Shown: piece by piece, positions 1 through 8,679 of the stretch | Layout of the letters: the number at the start of each line of letters is the position of its first letter | How positions within the stretch are numbered: the stretch's first letter is position 1 | NCBI GenBank assembly: GCA_044368575.1 | Contig: JBIPPH010000007.1 | Coordinates: 1,180 to 65,179 of the forward strand | Length of the DNA: 64,000 nucleotides | Reading direction: 5' to 3' | Source of the DNA: Bacteroidia bacterium | GTDB lineage: Bacteria; Bacteroidota; Bacteroidia; NS11-12g; UBA955 | Program-made: the position numbers and the translations under genes | The notes under the pieces: generated by a model | What the model was told of the DNA's origin: nothing | The model's input: only the letters and a program-made list of their open reading frames with translations | Database searches by the model: none

Positions 1-10
1 AGTGCCTTTT

Positions 11-475
11 TTATGCCCCAAATTGTCTTAAATGGTGGTCAAGGTGTTTGTATAACATATTGCTCCATTCCTTGGCAGTCAGAGGGCCTAGGGTAATTTG
101 AGGCTTCATTTCAAAAGCTTCTGAACCAAGCTGACAAACCTTTAAAACATTGTCAATTAAAGCGGTTTTGTGCAGTTCAAAATCTGGTTCATCTTTAACC
201 ACAAAAACTGGGGCTGTACGCAAATTTTGTTTGTATGGAGTAGTGTCAACCATAGATTGTTTATAAAACCATTTCAACAACAAACGCATCATCAGTGGTG
301 CTTTAGGAAAATGAGGATCAAAAATTTGATGGTAGGGAATACTGCAGTGTTTAAGCATTTGGGCAACAGTCATTTTACCCCAAAGTCTCTGTGTATTGGG
401 TTGTAAACTGTTAATACGCTCAACTATGGTTGCGCAATCTTGAGGGTTGAAACAATCTAAGGCCATAATTTTCAT
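11..475 (-). CDS. Hypothetical protein; possibly a DinB/DUF1569-like helical-bundle protein
   Basis: Complete 154-aa ORF. His-rich C-terminal motif HLDHHLRQFG. No strong family motif that I can name with confidence. Confidence 0.45.
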   Translation of the reverse strand: MKIMALDCFNPQDCATIVERINSLQPNTQRLWGKMTVAQMLKHCSIPYHQIFDPHFPKAPLMMRLLLKWFYKQSMVDTTPYKQNLRTAPVFVVKDEPDFELHKTALIDNVLKVCQLGSEAFEMKPQITLGPLTAKEWSNMLYKHLDHHLRQFGA

Positions 476-511
476 GCAAACTTAGTACAATTTTGAATTA
501 AATTCGCAAAC

Positions 512-1519
512 ATGCTTAAGCGCATTTTACTTTTGTTTTTAATTGTTTCAGCCATTGCAGAGGCAGCTCAAAAACCAAGGGTATTAAAAGGATATGCTCA
601 AGGGAGTACCTTTCAAATCACTTATTACGGCAAGCCCAAAAAACCAATTGATCAGTCCATTTTAAACTTGCTCAGTCAAATCGATTCTTCAGTTTCAACT
701 TATCAAGCAAATTCCATTATTTCTAAAATTAATGCCGGTCAACACGGTATAAAAACAGATACTATTTTCAGGGCCTGTTTTAGAAAAGCGAAGGCCATTT
801 GGAGTAGTTCTAATGGCGCCTTTGATCCAACCGTTATGCCCTTAGTCAACGCGTGGGGATTTGGTCAAAAGAAAACTTCAAAACCAAGTAAGGGTTACAT
901 AGATAGCCTCATGCCTTCAATAGGTTTTAATTTAATAGCATTAAACGCAGATACCATTGTTAAACATCACCCCAATGTGAGTTTAGACTTTAATGCCTTT
1001 GCCCAAGGTTACTCAGTTGATTTAGTAGCCAACTTACTCAAACAAGCGGGCCTCAAGCATTTTGTTGTTGAAATAGGAGGAGAGGTCTATGCAAATGGCC
1101 ACAAGCCCAAAAAAGAACAATGGCAATTGGGCATAGAACAACCCATTGATAATCCTAACCGCATCAATCCTAATTTACAAACTGTGTATCTTCAAAATCA
1201 AGCCATTTCAAGTTCTGGTAACTACCGTAAATTCTTTATTCAAGATGGGGTTAAATATGCGCATCACATAGATCCTAAAACAGGTTACCCAGCTCAGAAT
1301 AATTTATTGAGTGTATCAGTCGTAGCATCAGAATGCATTACCACAGATGCCACTGCTACTGCATTACTGGTGATAGGATTAGAGGCTTCTAAAACCTATT
1401 TAAACCAACACCCTGAATTGCAAGCCATGTTGGTGTATGCTAATGCCTCAGGCCGATTAGAGCTATACAAAACCCCAGGATTTTACGCTCTTGAAGACAT
1501 AAAAAAAGCAAGCCGTTAA
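512..1519 (+). CDS. apbE: FAD:protein FMN transferase (ApbE family lipoprotein)
   Basis: 335 aa with an N-terminal signal peptide. Internal AFDPTV and GYSVD(L) motifs, and a C-terminal region typical of the ApbE flavin-transferase fold. Confidence 0.8.
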   Translation: MLKRILLLFLIVSAIAEAAQKPRVLKGYAQGSTFQITYYGKPKKPIDQSILNLLSQIDSSVSTYQANSIISKINAGQHGIKTDTIFRACFRKAKAIWSSSNGAFDPTVMPLVNAWGFGQKKTSKPSKGYIDSLMPSIGFNLIALNADTIVKHHPNVSLDFNAFAQGYSVDLVANLLKQAGLKHFVVEIGGEVYANGHKPKKEQWQLGIEQPIDNPNRINPNLQTVYLQNQAISSSGNYRKFFIQDGVKYAHHIDPKTGYPAQNNLLSVSVVASECITTDATATALLVIGLEASKTYLNQHPELQAMLVYANASGRLELYKTPGFYALEDIKKASR

Positions 1520-1528
1520 AGCTTGCTT
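1500..1528 (-). terminator. Putative rho-independent terminator for the convergent minus-strand gene, embedded in the apbE 3' end
   Basis: 8-bp perfect inverted repeat AAGCAAGC(1506-1513)/GCTTGCTT(1521-1528). On the minus strand it is followed by a 7-nt U-run (complement of A-run 1501-1507). It overlaps the apbE stop codon. Confidence 0.4.
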
Positions 1529-1550
1529 AAGGATGTTTAGTTGGGCTGAA

Positions 1551-2357
1551 TTAGTTTTGTAATACCAATTTGTAACTACTGCTCAAGTGGCCATTCATTA
1601 CCATAACGTTGTACAAGCCATTGTTTAAATGAGATAAATCTATAGTTTCAGAACCATCTATTACTTCACTTGGTGAGGTTTCATACACCATTTCACCTAA
1701 AATATTATAGACTTTTATAGCGGTTGCTTTAGAATAATCAATCGTTACTTTACCGCAAGATGGATTGGGAAATACATCAATCACTGGGGCAATTTCAACA
1801 CTGTTTATGCCTGTGCCATTAGGTACCCAATTTATGCTCATGCTTTTAAAATCGGCATCGTCTGCAGGTGTTTGATTATCTGCACTTGGTCCTTTTGTAA
1901 ATGAATATGATCTTGTAGTGGTGCTAGTTGGGCTATGGTTCCAAGTCTCTTGAATAGTGATTTTGTAAATCCCGTCAGCAACTGTTGAACCATTCACTGC
2001 GCCATTCACATCTTTACCATCCCAAGTAATGGTGTGTGTGCCAAAACCAGATAGTGTGGCACCAGTTATAGCATCAGTTACATTGCATAAACTTGACATA
2101 CAGTTGCCTGCGGGGCCACCTGAATTAACTGCCCAAGTTGGTAAATGATCTGAAGTGACATTACCTGCATTGCGCATTTTGGTTTTAATGAATTTACCAG
2201 TATTGTCTTGTATCCAAACTGCCATTACATTTTTTGTGCCTTGGTAACAAGGTGATTTGGCTACTTGGGTAAAGGTAAAGGTCATGCTGCCATTGGTTTG
2301 CGCCATTAGCTGTATACCACTTAAAAGGAAAACCAAGCTTAGTAATTTTATTTTCAT
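1551..2357 (-). CDS. Secreted protein with a T9SS (Por) C-terminal sorting domain
   Basis: Signal peptide MKIKLLSLVFLLSGIQLMAQ. The C-terminal ~80 aa carry the CTD signature (VFPNPSCGKVTIDY...KVYNILGEMVY...GLYNVMV...). Confidence 0.75.
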   Translation of the reverse strand: MKIKLLSLVFLLSGIQLMAQTNGSMTFTFTQVAKSPCYQGTKNVMAVWIQDNTGKFIKTKMRNAGNVTSDHLPTWAVNSGGPAGNCMSSLCNVTDAITGATLSGFGTHTITWDGKDVNGAVNGSTVADGIYKITIQETWNHSPTSTTTRSYSFTKGPSADNQTPADDADFKSMSINWVPNGTGINSVEIAPVIDVFPNPSCGKVTIDYSKATAIKVYNILGEMVYETSPSEVIDGSETIDLSHLNNGLYNVMVMNGHLSSSYKLVLQN

Positions 2358-2414
2358 AAATACAATTTTTCGGTAAAATAAATCAAAATTGTTTACTTAC
2401 ACAAATACCTGATT

Positions 2415-3905
2415 TTACTTTATCAGCATCCACTTATAAAATTCACTAGTGATAAGTATGTTGCAGGGTAGTTTTAATGCTTCAAAATCAGCCCATTGGT
2501 CTTTTAATATTAAAACACTTTGACCGCTTAAGAATGGATCATTCCGATGACTATTTTGAAAATGATAGCCTTTGGTATCCGTCCAAACATGTTTGTAAAA
2601 GGCTAGCGGATAATTAGAGCCCAAAGGTTCAAATAGACAAATATTTTTATTGTTCGGAAATTGTTTTTCCAAACGCTTTAATGCCTCTGGATACATGACT
2701 TGAGCAGAGGTTTCGTGGGTGTCCATGACTTTAGCGATGATCTCTGAATAAGGTACATAAAAGATGCTAACAGTTAAGATGAGCAAAGCTATAATTTGTG
2801 TCATGCGTTTCCATTGGCTTTTAATGATGGTCTCATACACTACATTTAGTCCCATAGCAATGATCAAAGCCATGAGAGGGATTAGGGGTAAATCATACCA
2901 AACATTGCTGCTACCTTTGGCTATGGCCAAATAAAACAACACAATTACACAAGCCAACATTTGCACTAGACGTTTGTAAAAGCCTTTGTAGTAGGCTAAG
3001 CTTAGAATAAAACTTGGCAACAACAACGGCAACCAATAGGCAAACTGCCACGTTTTTAATTGCTTCCAATAAAAATCCCATTCAGAAACTGTATAGGTAA
3101 ATCTATCAGATTGATTCAAGTAGCGCGGTAAAAATTCATTGTCCCAAACGGCTGTTAAATAGCCAGGAGCCATCATTTCTCTAGTGCCATAATAGCCTAG
3201 AATGATTAGTAAAAACAGGCCAAGTGCTTGCCAAAACGCTTTGTTTTTTAGGGTTGCCAATAATTGTTTTTGGACAAGCACATACAACAAAACACCAGGC
3301 AACACCATTAAGGCGGCAACGCTTTTAGTCAACACAGCTGCACTTAAACACAAGCTAGCCCACATTAAAGCCTTGTTCTGCTTGAACTCTAAATATTGAA
3401 ACACATTGAGTAAAAAGCCAATAGTAAAGGCAATCATTAAGGCATCATGATCGCCGGTTCTACTCCCGTGTTCATGTATAAATCCGTTGCTACAGACCAC
3501 TATCAAAGCGGCCAATATGCCAACTTGAAAGTCTTGAGTATGTTTGCGCAGCCATAGTATGATGAATACCAACATAACAAAACTGGCCAATGCTGATGGC
3601 AATCTCACGGCGAGTTCATTGTAACCAATGGTTTTAAATCCTATAATTTGCAACCATTCTAAAAAGGGGGGTTTGGTCTCCCATAAATCAGGTTCATAGT
3701 CATATGTTTTAACCAAGAATTGCCCTGTTTTTGACATTTCATAGGCGTTCACCGCATTGCGCGCTTCATCCCATTCTCTAAGAGGCCTAGTATCGAGTCT
3801 TAAAAACAAGGGAAAATATAAAAGCGCCAATGTTAAGAGCAGCACAAAGCCTTGCAACTTTGTTTGAATCAGTGGGCGCTTATTGGCTAGTTCATTCGCT
3901 GACAT
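2415..3905 (-). CDS. GT-C fold glycosyltransferase, family 39/83 (ArnT/PMT-like) polytopic membrane protein
   Basis: 496 aa with multiple TM helices. First periplasmic loop motif PLREWDEARNAVNAYEM (the DE motif of the ArnT/PMT family). Confidence 0.65.
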   Translation of the reverse strand: MSANELANKRPLIQTKLQGFVLLLTLALLYFPLFLRLDTRPLREWDEARNAVNAYEMSKTGQFLVKTYDYEPDLWETKPPFLEWLQIIGFKTIGYNELAVRLPSALASFVMLVFIILWLRKHTQDFQVGILAALIVVCSNGFIHEHGSRTGDHDALMIAFTIGFLLNVFQYLEFKQNKALMWASLCLSAAVLTKSVAALMVLPGVLLYVLVQKQLLATLKNKAFWQALGLFLLIILGYYGTREMMAPGYLTAVWDNEFLPRYLNQSDRFTYTVSEWDFYWKQLKTWQFAYWLPLLLPSFILSLAYYKGFYKRLVQMLACVIVLFYLAIAKGSSNVWYDLPLIPLMALIIAMGLNVVYETIIKSQWKRMTQIIALLILTVSIFYVPYSEIIAKVMDTHETSAQVMYPEALKRLEKQFPNNKNICLFEPLGSNYPLAFYKHVWTDTKGYHFQNSHRNDPFLSGQSVLILKDQWADFEALKLPCNILITSEFYKWMLIK

Positions 3906-6324
3906 AAATACGCTTGACCCTTTGTGAAATGGAGGTTAATACCTCATAAGGAATACTGTGTAATTGATCAGCAACTGCTTGAATAGGATAATCTTTACCA
4001 AACAAAATGGCTTCGTCACCAATTGCACAATCAATGCCAGTAACATCTATCATACACATATCCATACAAACATTGCCAACAATCGGCGCTTTTTGGCCTT
4101 TGATATAAAAACAACCTACACCATTACTTAATGCCCTGTTAAGCCCATCGGCATAACCCAATGCCAATACAGCAATAACTCGAGCGGTATTTGCTATGGC
4201 TTTTCGCGCATAGCCAACACTCTCATTAGGAGCTATGGTTTTAATCTGTGAAATATGAGATTTGAAAGTAAAAACTGGCTCCAATAAATGACCAAATAAA
4301 TGGGTAGGATCAATGCCATACAAACCAATGCCAATACGCACCATATTCAGGCCTTCTTGCTGAAAGCGTAGGGCGGCAGCTGTATTGCTGATATGTTTAA
4401 TCGTGTTAATTTGCAATGCTGCTTCAATCGTGTTGGCCCAAGTTTTAAAACGCTCAAATTGCAATTGAGTAAAGGCATCGTGTTCAGCTTCATCACTTGC
4501 AGATAAATGCGAAAAAATGGAGGCCACTTGAATAGATGTATGCGATTTTAAAAAGGCAATTAAAGGCTTGATTTGATCTTCTACAAATCCCAAACGGTGC
4601 ATGCCAGTATCCAATTCGATGTGGATTTTAATTGGGTTTTGAGTGGCATTATTAAACTGTTGGAGTTGCTCTAAATCGAAGACTACAGGTTCAAGCTGAT
4701 GCGTCATTAAAGCCTCCAGTTGATCAACATCTGCATTCATCACCATGATGGGTGCTACAACCCCTGATTGCCTCAATGCGACGCCTTCATCAGTGTAGGC
4801 TACAGCCAAATAATCTACTCGTTTTTCAATCAATTTAGCCATCTCGTAAGTACCACTGCCATAAGCAAACGCCTTTACCATAGCCATGATTTTCATGTCA
4901 TTCGGCAATTTGTTTTTAAACACATTTAAATTGTTAATGGCCGCATTTAAATTGATTTCAAGCACAGTATTGTGGTTATCCTTTTCAAGCTTTTTAACAA
5001 TGTGCTCAAACTCAAATTTGCGAGCACCTTTAATCAATATGCTTTCATCTTTAAAACTCATTTCATAAAAATGAGCCAAAAAGCTTGCTGTGTCAGGAAA
5101 GAAGGCAGCATCAAAAGTTTGCTTGAACAGTTTAGGGCCGTATTTATTGTATTGAGAACCAATGCCTATAACACGCTTAATCCCTTTATCGATAAGCATT
5201 TGCTTAACTTGAGTATATAGAATTTCTGGCGGTATACCAGAGCCTTCAATATCAGATAAGATAGCCGTTTTATTGGCGTGCATGGCCTGTTGTTTTAAAA
5301 ACGAAAGGGCATTGCTTAAGGCATTTAAATCATTGTTGTAACCATCGTTTACCAGTACACATTGGTGTATGCCTTTTTTTAATTCCATGCGCATACTCAC
5401 AGCTCTAAGCTGTTCAAAAGTACTGGCATCAAAAGCGTCAAAATGATTCATGACGAGGCAACACAGGCATGCATTTTCAATGGAGGCAGCATCTTTAAAT
5501 GGTAAATTAAACTGTAAGTCTTTGCCTTTGTATTGCCCGAATATTTTGCTGTGTTTTTCAGTTTGAACACAATCTATAATATTCAAATCGGCTTTAGGTT
5601 CATTGAATCCAAAGCTGATAAGTTTTTGGCCCAACAAGGCTTTGGTATGAGGCAAGTATTGAGCAAATACCAATTGACAATTATTAAACAGTCTTAATTT
5701 TTCTTGGAGTTTTTGTTCAGGACTATCAAACCCCTCATTGTGAGCCGGTCCTAAATGGGTTAATATGCCATAGCTAGGGTCAATGATATCAGCAAGTTGC
5801 TGCATCTCGCCTGTGGTTGAAATCCCTGCTTCAAAGATTCCCAATTCATGCGATTCGTTTAATTGCCATACACTCAGAGGCACACCAATTTGACTGTTGT
5901 AACTTTTAGGATTGGCGCATACGCTTTTACTGTGGCCAAATAATTGCAACAACCATTCCTTGACAACAGTTTTGCCATTGCTGCCAGTAATGCCAATTAC
6001 CGGTAAATTGAATTGGTGTCTGTGGTAGTTAGATAAGGCTTGAAGCGCTTTTAAGGTATTGTCAACTTTTAAAAACACTAAATCTTGTTGTTCTGGTGTT
6101 TTAAAATCAGCATTGACTACAAACCATTTTACCCCTTTTTCAATCAATTCAGGGATGTATTTATGCCCATCATTGACAGCAGTTTTCAAAGCAAAAAACA
6201 ATGCATCATGAGCAGTAGTAAGGGCTCTTGAATCGGTTAATAATTTAATAGACGCTCGAACATCATCATTTCCTTGCACCTGCGCATGGATGATTTTTGC
6301 GATATCATTAAGTGAATACGTCAA
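3892..6324 (-). CDS. murF: Bifunctional UDP-N-acetylmuramoyl-tripeptide--D-alanyl-D-alanine ligase (MurF) / alanine racemase (Alr)
   Basis: 810 aa. The N-terminal half has the Mur ligase P-loop GITGSNGKTVVKEW. The C-terminal half has the alanine racemase PLP-lysine motif VKAFAYGSG and an LAVAYTDEGVALRQ block. The fusion is typical of Bacteroidota. Confidence 0.85.
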   Translation of the reverse strand: MTYSLNDIAKIIHAQVQGNDDVRASIKLLTDSRALTTAHDALFFALKTAVNDGHKYIPELIEKGVKWFVVNADFKTPEQQDLVFLKVDNTLKALQALSNYHRHQFNLPVIGITGSNGKTVVKEWLLQLFGHSKSVCANPKSYNSQIGVPLSVWQLNESHELGIFEAGISTTGEMQQLADIIDPSYGILTHLGPAHNEGFDSPEQKLQEKLRLFNNCQLVFAQYLPHTKALLGQKLISFGFNEPKADLNIIDCVQTEKHSKIFGQYKGKDLQFNLPFKDAASIENACLCCLVMNHFDAFDASTFEQLRAVSMRMELKKGIHQCVLVNDGYNNDLNALSNALSFLKQQAMHANKTAILSDIEGSGIPPEILYTQVKQMLIDKGIKRVIGIGSQYNKYGPKLFKQTFDAAFFPDTASFLAHFYEMSFKDESILIKGARKFEFEHIVKKLEKDNHNTVLEINLNAAINNLNVFKNKLPNDMKIMAMVKAFAYGSGTYEMAKLIEKRVDYLAVAYTDEGVALRQSGVVAPIMVMNADVDQLEALMTHQLEPVVFDLEQLQQFNNATQNPIKIHIELDTGMHRLGFVEDQIKPLIAFLKSHTSIQVASIFSHLSASDEAEHDAFTQLQFERFKTWANTIEAALQINTIKHISNTAAALRFQQEGLNMVRIGIGLYGIDPTHLFGHLLEPVFTFKSHISQIKTIAPNESVGYARKAIANTARVIAVLALGYADGLNRALSNGVGCFYIKGQKAPIVGNVCMDMCMIDVTGIDCAIGDEAILFGKDYPIQAVADQLHSIPYEVLTSISQRVKRIYVSE

Positions 6325-6403
6325 TTCAGATACAAACCTATGAAGTTTTTCAGTATTTTAGCATGAATATCATAAATTTTATTTAGGTTCGATCATTCAA
6401 ACC

Positions 6404-7789
6404 ATGTCTAATACCCTTAAAGAAAAACTCGGTCTTTATTCTGCAATTATGGTAGTGATAAGTGCCATGATTGGCAGCGGTGTTTTCAAAAAAGTAAGTG
6501 CAATGAGTGCAGATTTACACAGCAGTAACTGGGTAATATTAGCTTGGATTTGTGCAGGTTTGGTAACCCTTATGGGCTCATTGAGCAATGCGGAAATAGC
6601 AGGGATAGTTGCCAAACCAGGCGGTCAGTATGTTTATTTTCAAACCATATACGGCAGATTGTTTGCGTTTTTGTACGGTTGGTCATCCTTCTCTGTAATT
6701 CAAACAGCCACAGCAGCTTCTGTAGCTTATGTGTTTGCCGAATCTTTAAACCAATTCGTTCACTTGCCAACTTTGTCTGCCACCTATGATCAGTTCACTT
6801 TGTTCACGGTATTCGATTTTCAATTTCAACCTCTGCATAATTTTGGGGTCAAAGCATTAGCCTGTGGCCTGGTGATGATATTATCTTTTATCAATTACAG
6901 AGGCATTGATTACGGTGAGCGTATTGGTAATATTTTTGGGGCTTTTGTAGTCATTGGTATTCTAGCCATTATTGTTTTAGCCTATGTGTATGGCAATGAA
7001 ACCAATGTATTAGGACAAACCTCCTCAGTTACAGAACCAATTAAAGCGTCTGCTTTTTTTGCTGCTATGATGGCCGCTTTTTGGGCTTTTGAAGGCTGGA
7101 ATAATGTAGGCTTTTTAGGGGGAGAAATCACTCAACCCAAAAAACACATACCTATAGCTCTCACCGTTGGTACAGCAGTGGTGATGTTGTTATATGTGTT
7201 GGTCAATACCGCTTATTTTAAATTGTGTTCAATCAGTTTTTTTGAAGCATTGAATCAAAAAGAAAATGCCATAGCTGCTGTAGCAGCCCTTGATACCACT
7301 ATTCAAGGTGGTGCTTGGATGATTTCAATACTCATTTTAGTGAGTACATTTAATTCTACCAATAACAGTTTAATGACGGCCCCGAGAATTTATTATGCTA
7401 TGGCCAATGATGGCTTATTTCACGCCTCAGCTGCCAAAGCCCATGATAAATTTTTAACCCCTCATAGAGCCATAGTCTATCAAATGATTTGGTGCTTGGT
7501 CTTAATCATCAGTGGCAGTTTTGATATGCTCACCGAAATGCTAGTGTTTGTAGCCTTTATGTTTTATGGTAGTGGAGCAATTGGGGTTATTCTGTTAAGA
7601 CGCCGAATGCCTGCAGTAGAAAGGCCTTTTAAAGTCCCTTTTTATCCCATTTTGCCGCTTGTATTTGCTGTATTCAGTGTGTTTTTAGTGGGGTATACCA
7701 TTGTTAATTCACCGGGCAATTCCCTTATAGGATTGGTTTTGGTGGCTTTAGGATTACCGCTCTATTGGTTAATGAATAAGCGCCCTTAA
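6404..7789 (+). CDS. Amino acid permease (APC superfamily)
   Basis: 461 aa with about 12 TM segments. N-terminal GSGVF-type APC consensus. Confidence 0.8.
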   Translation: MSNTLKEKLGLYSAIMVVISAMIGSGVFKKVSAMSADLHSSNWVILAWICAGLVTLMGSLSNAEIAGIVAKPGGQYVYFQTIYGRLFAFLYGWSSFSVIQTATAASVAYVFAESLNQFVHLPTLSATYDQFTLFTVFDFQFQPLHNFGVKALACGLVMILSFINYRGIDYGERIGNIFGAFVVIGILAIIVLAYVYGNETNVLGQTSSVTEPIKASAFFAAMMAAFWAFEGWNNVGFLGGEITQPKKHIPIALTVGTAVVMLLYVLVNTAYFKLCSISFFEALNQKENAIAAVAALDTTIQGGAWMISILILVSTFNSTNNSLMTAPRIYYAMANDGLFHASAAKAHDKFLTPHRAIVYQMIWCLVLIISGSFDMLTEMLVFVAFMFYGSGAIGVILLRRRMPAVERPFKVPFYPILPLVFAVFSVFLVGYTIVNSPGNSLIGLVLVALGLPLYWLMNKRP

Positions 7790-8679
7790 GGTTGAGTAGC
7801 TTTTAATTCAATTTTGTCTTCGAATTCTAAGAAGGCTGCTAAAATCAGTTGAGAGTAATTCTGAGAAGAGGTTTTAAATCTGCCTGCACTGGTATTCCAT
7901 AGCTGTTGAATGAGCGCAATGCCTGCCTGAGGCTCTGGAATAGCATTAACGGCTTCTCTCACATTGCCTGCCCCTGCATTGTATACATGCATCACAAATA
8001 ATTTAAACCAAAGGTCAGTTTCATAGAAAACAATCTGATGATCCGTTAATATTTGTTTGGCATAAGGTATACAAATGGTTTTGATGAGTTGACTTGCAGC
8101 ATAGGCCGAACGATCAAAATCAGCTCTTTCATCAATGTTTTTGTTGACCTTTAAACCATATTGCTTGGCAACTCCAGGCATTAATTGAAAAGCGCCATAG
8201 GCACCAGCGGTTGATTTTTGCAACTGATTAGGGCTTTCAATCAAAAGTATGGCTTTGGCATACCAACCATCAACCCCATTGTTTTCAAAGGCGGTCATGG
8301 CTAATGGCACTTTGTCTTTTACCTTTTCAAAATCATAGAAGAAACTCTTGCCCATAGTGCCTACTACTCTTGGGGAGTCCTCTATGCAATGTAGCTTTTT
8401 AAAACTATCAATGGTTTTTTGCTTGAAATCTTGAGTACTGCCATACCAATTTGATGCATTCATTGTGGTGAATATGGTTCGAGTGGCGTGCACATTGATT
8501 AAGCAACTGTCTTTATCTAAGTTCATGATTTTGCGCCAAAATATCACATTAGGATGCATGTGTAAGCCAAGCGCTTTGATTTCAGTAGTAGATGCAGCAT
8601 TGTCATTGACGCTAAAACCTGTGTTATACGCTACAATACTTAAAATTAATAATAACAATATCTTGGATCTTAATCTCAT
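7786..8679 (-). CDS. Lytic transglycosylase domain protein (SLT family), secreted
   Basis: Signal peptide. SLT catalytic motif ESPNQLQKSTAGAYGAFQLMP (E-S...AGA.G.MQ). The start overlaps the stop of the upstream C25 peptidase gene (ATGA). Confidence 0.75.
   Translation of the reverse strand: MRLRSKILLLLILSIVAYNTGFSVNDNAASTTEIKALGLHMHPNVIFWRKIMNLDKDSCLINVHATRTIFTTMNASNWYGSTQDFKQKTIDSFKKLHCIEDSPRVVGTMGKSFFYDFEKVKDKVPLAMTAFENNGVDGWYAKAILLIESPNQLQKSTAGAYGAFQLMPGVAKQYGLKVNKNIDERADFDRSAYAASQLIKTICIPYAKQILTDHQIVFYETDLWFKLFVMHVYNAGAGNVREAVNAIPEPQAGIALIQQLWNTSAGRFKTSSQNYSQLILAAFLEFEDKIELKATQP

Noticed and set aside
170-406. 78-aa plus-strand ORF
   Set aside because: It lies entirely inside the better-supported 154-aa minus-strand gene and has no motif or signal. 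It is a typical antisense spurious ORF. The same reasoning applies to 3202-3399, 4886-5220, 6544-6789, 8465-8704, 9195-9441, 10019-10231, 11261-11533, 12285-12816, 15496-15738, 20536-20766, 21296-21517, 22964-23311, 24156-24605, 24704-24925, 26966-27229, 27662-27859, 30038-30416, 30779-31078, 31240-31737, 32401-32583, 33482-33951, 34731-36030, 42908-43183, 43469-43657, 44007-44857, 45618-45803, 46792-46977, 47198-47443, 47664-47846, 48183-48619, 48933-49247, 50359-50625, 50668-51132, 51370-51666, 54330-54578, 54667-54864, 55323-55592, 55823-56350, 57198-57539, 60592-60928, 61820-62068 and 62345-62599.
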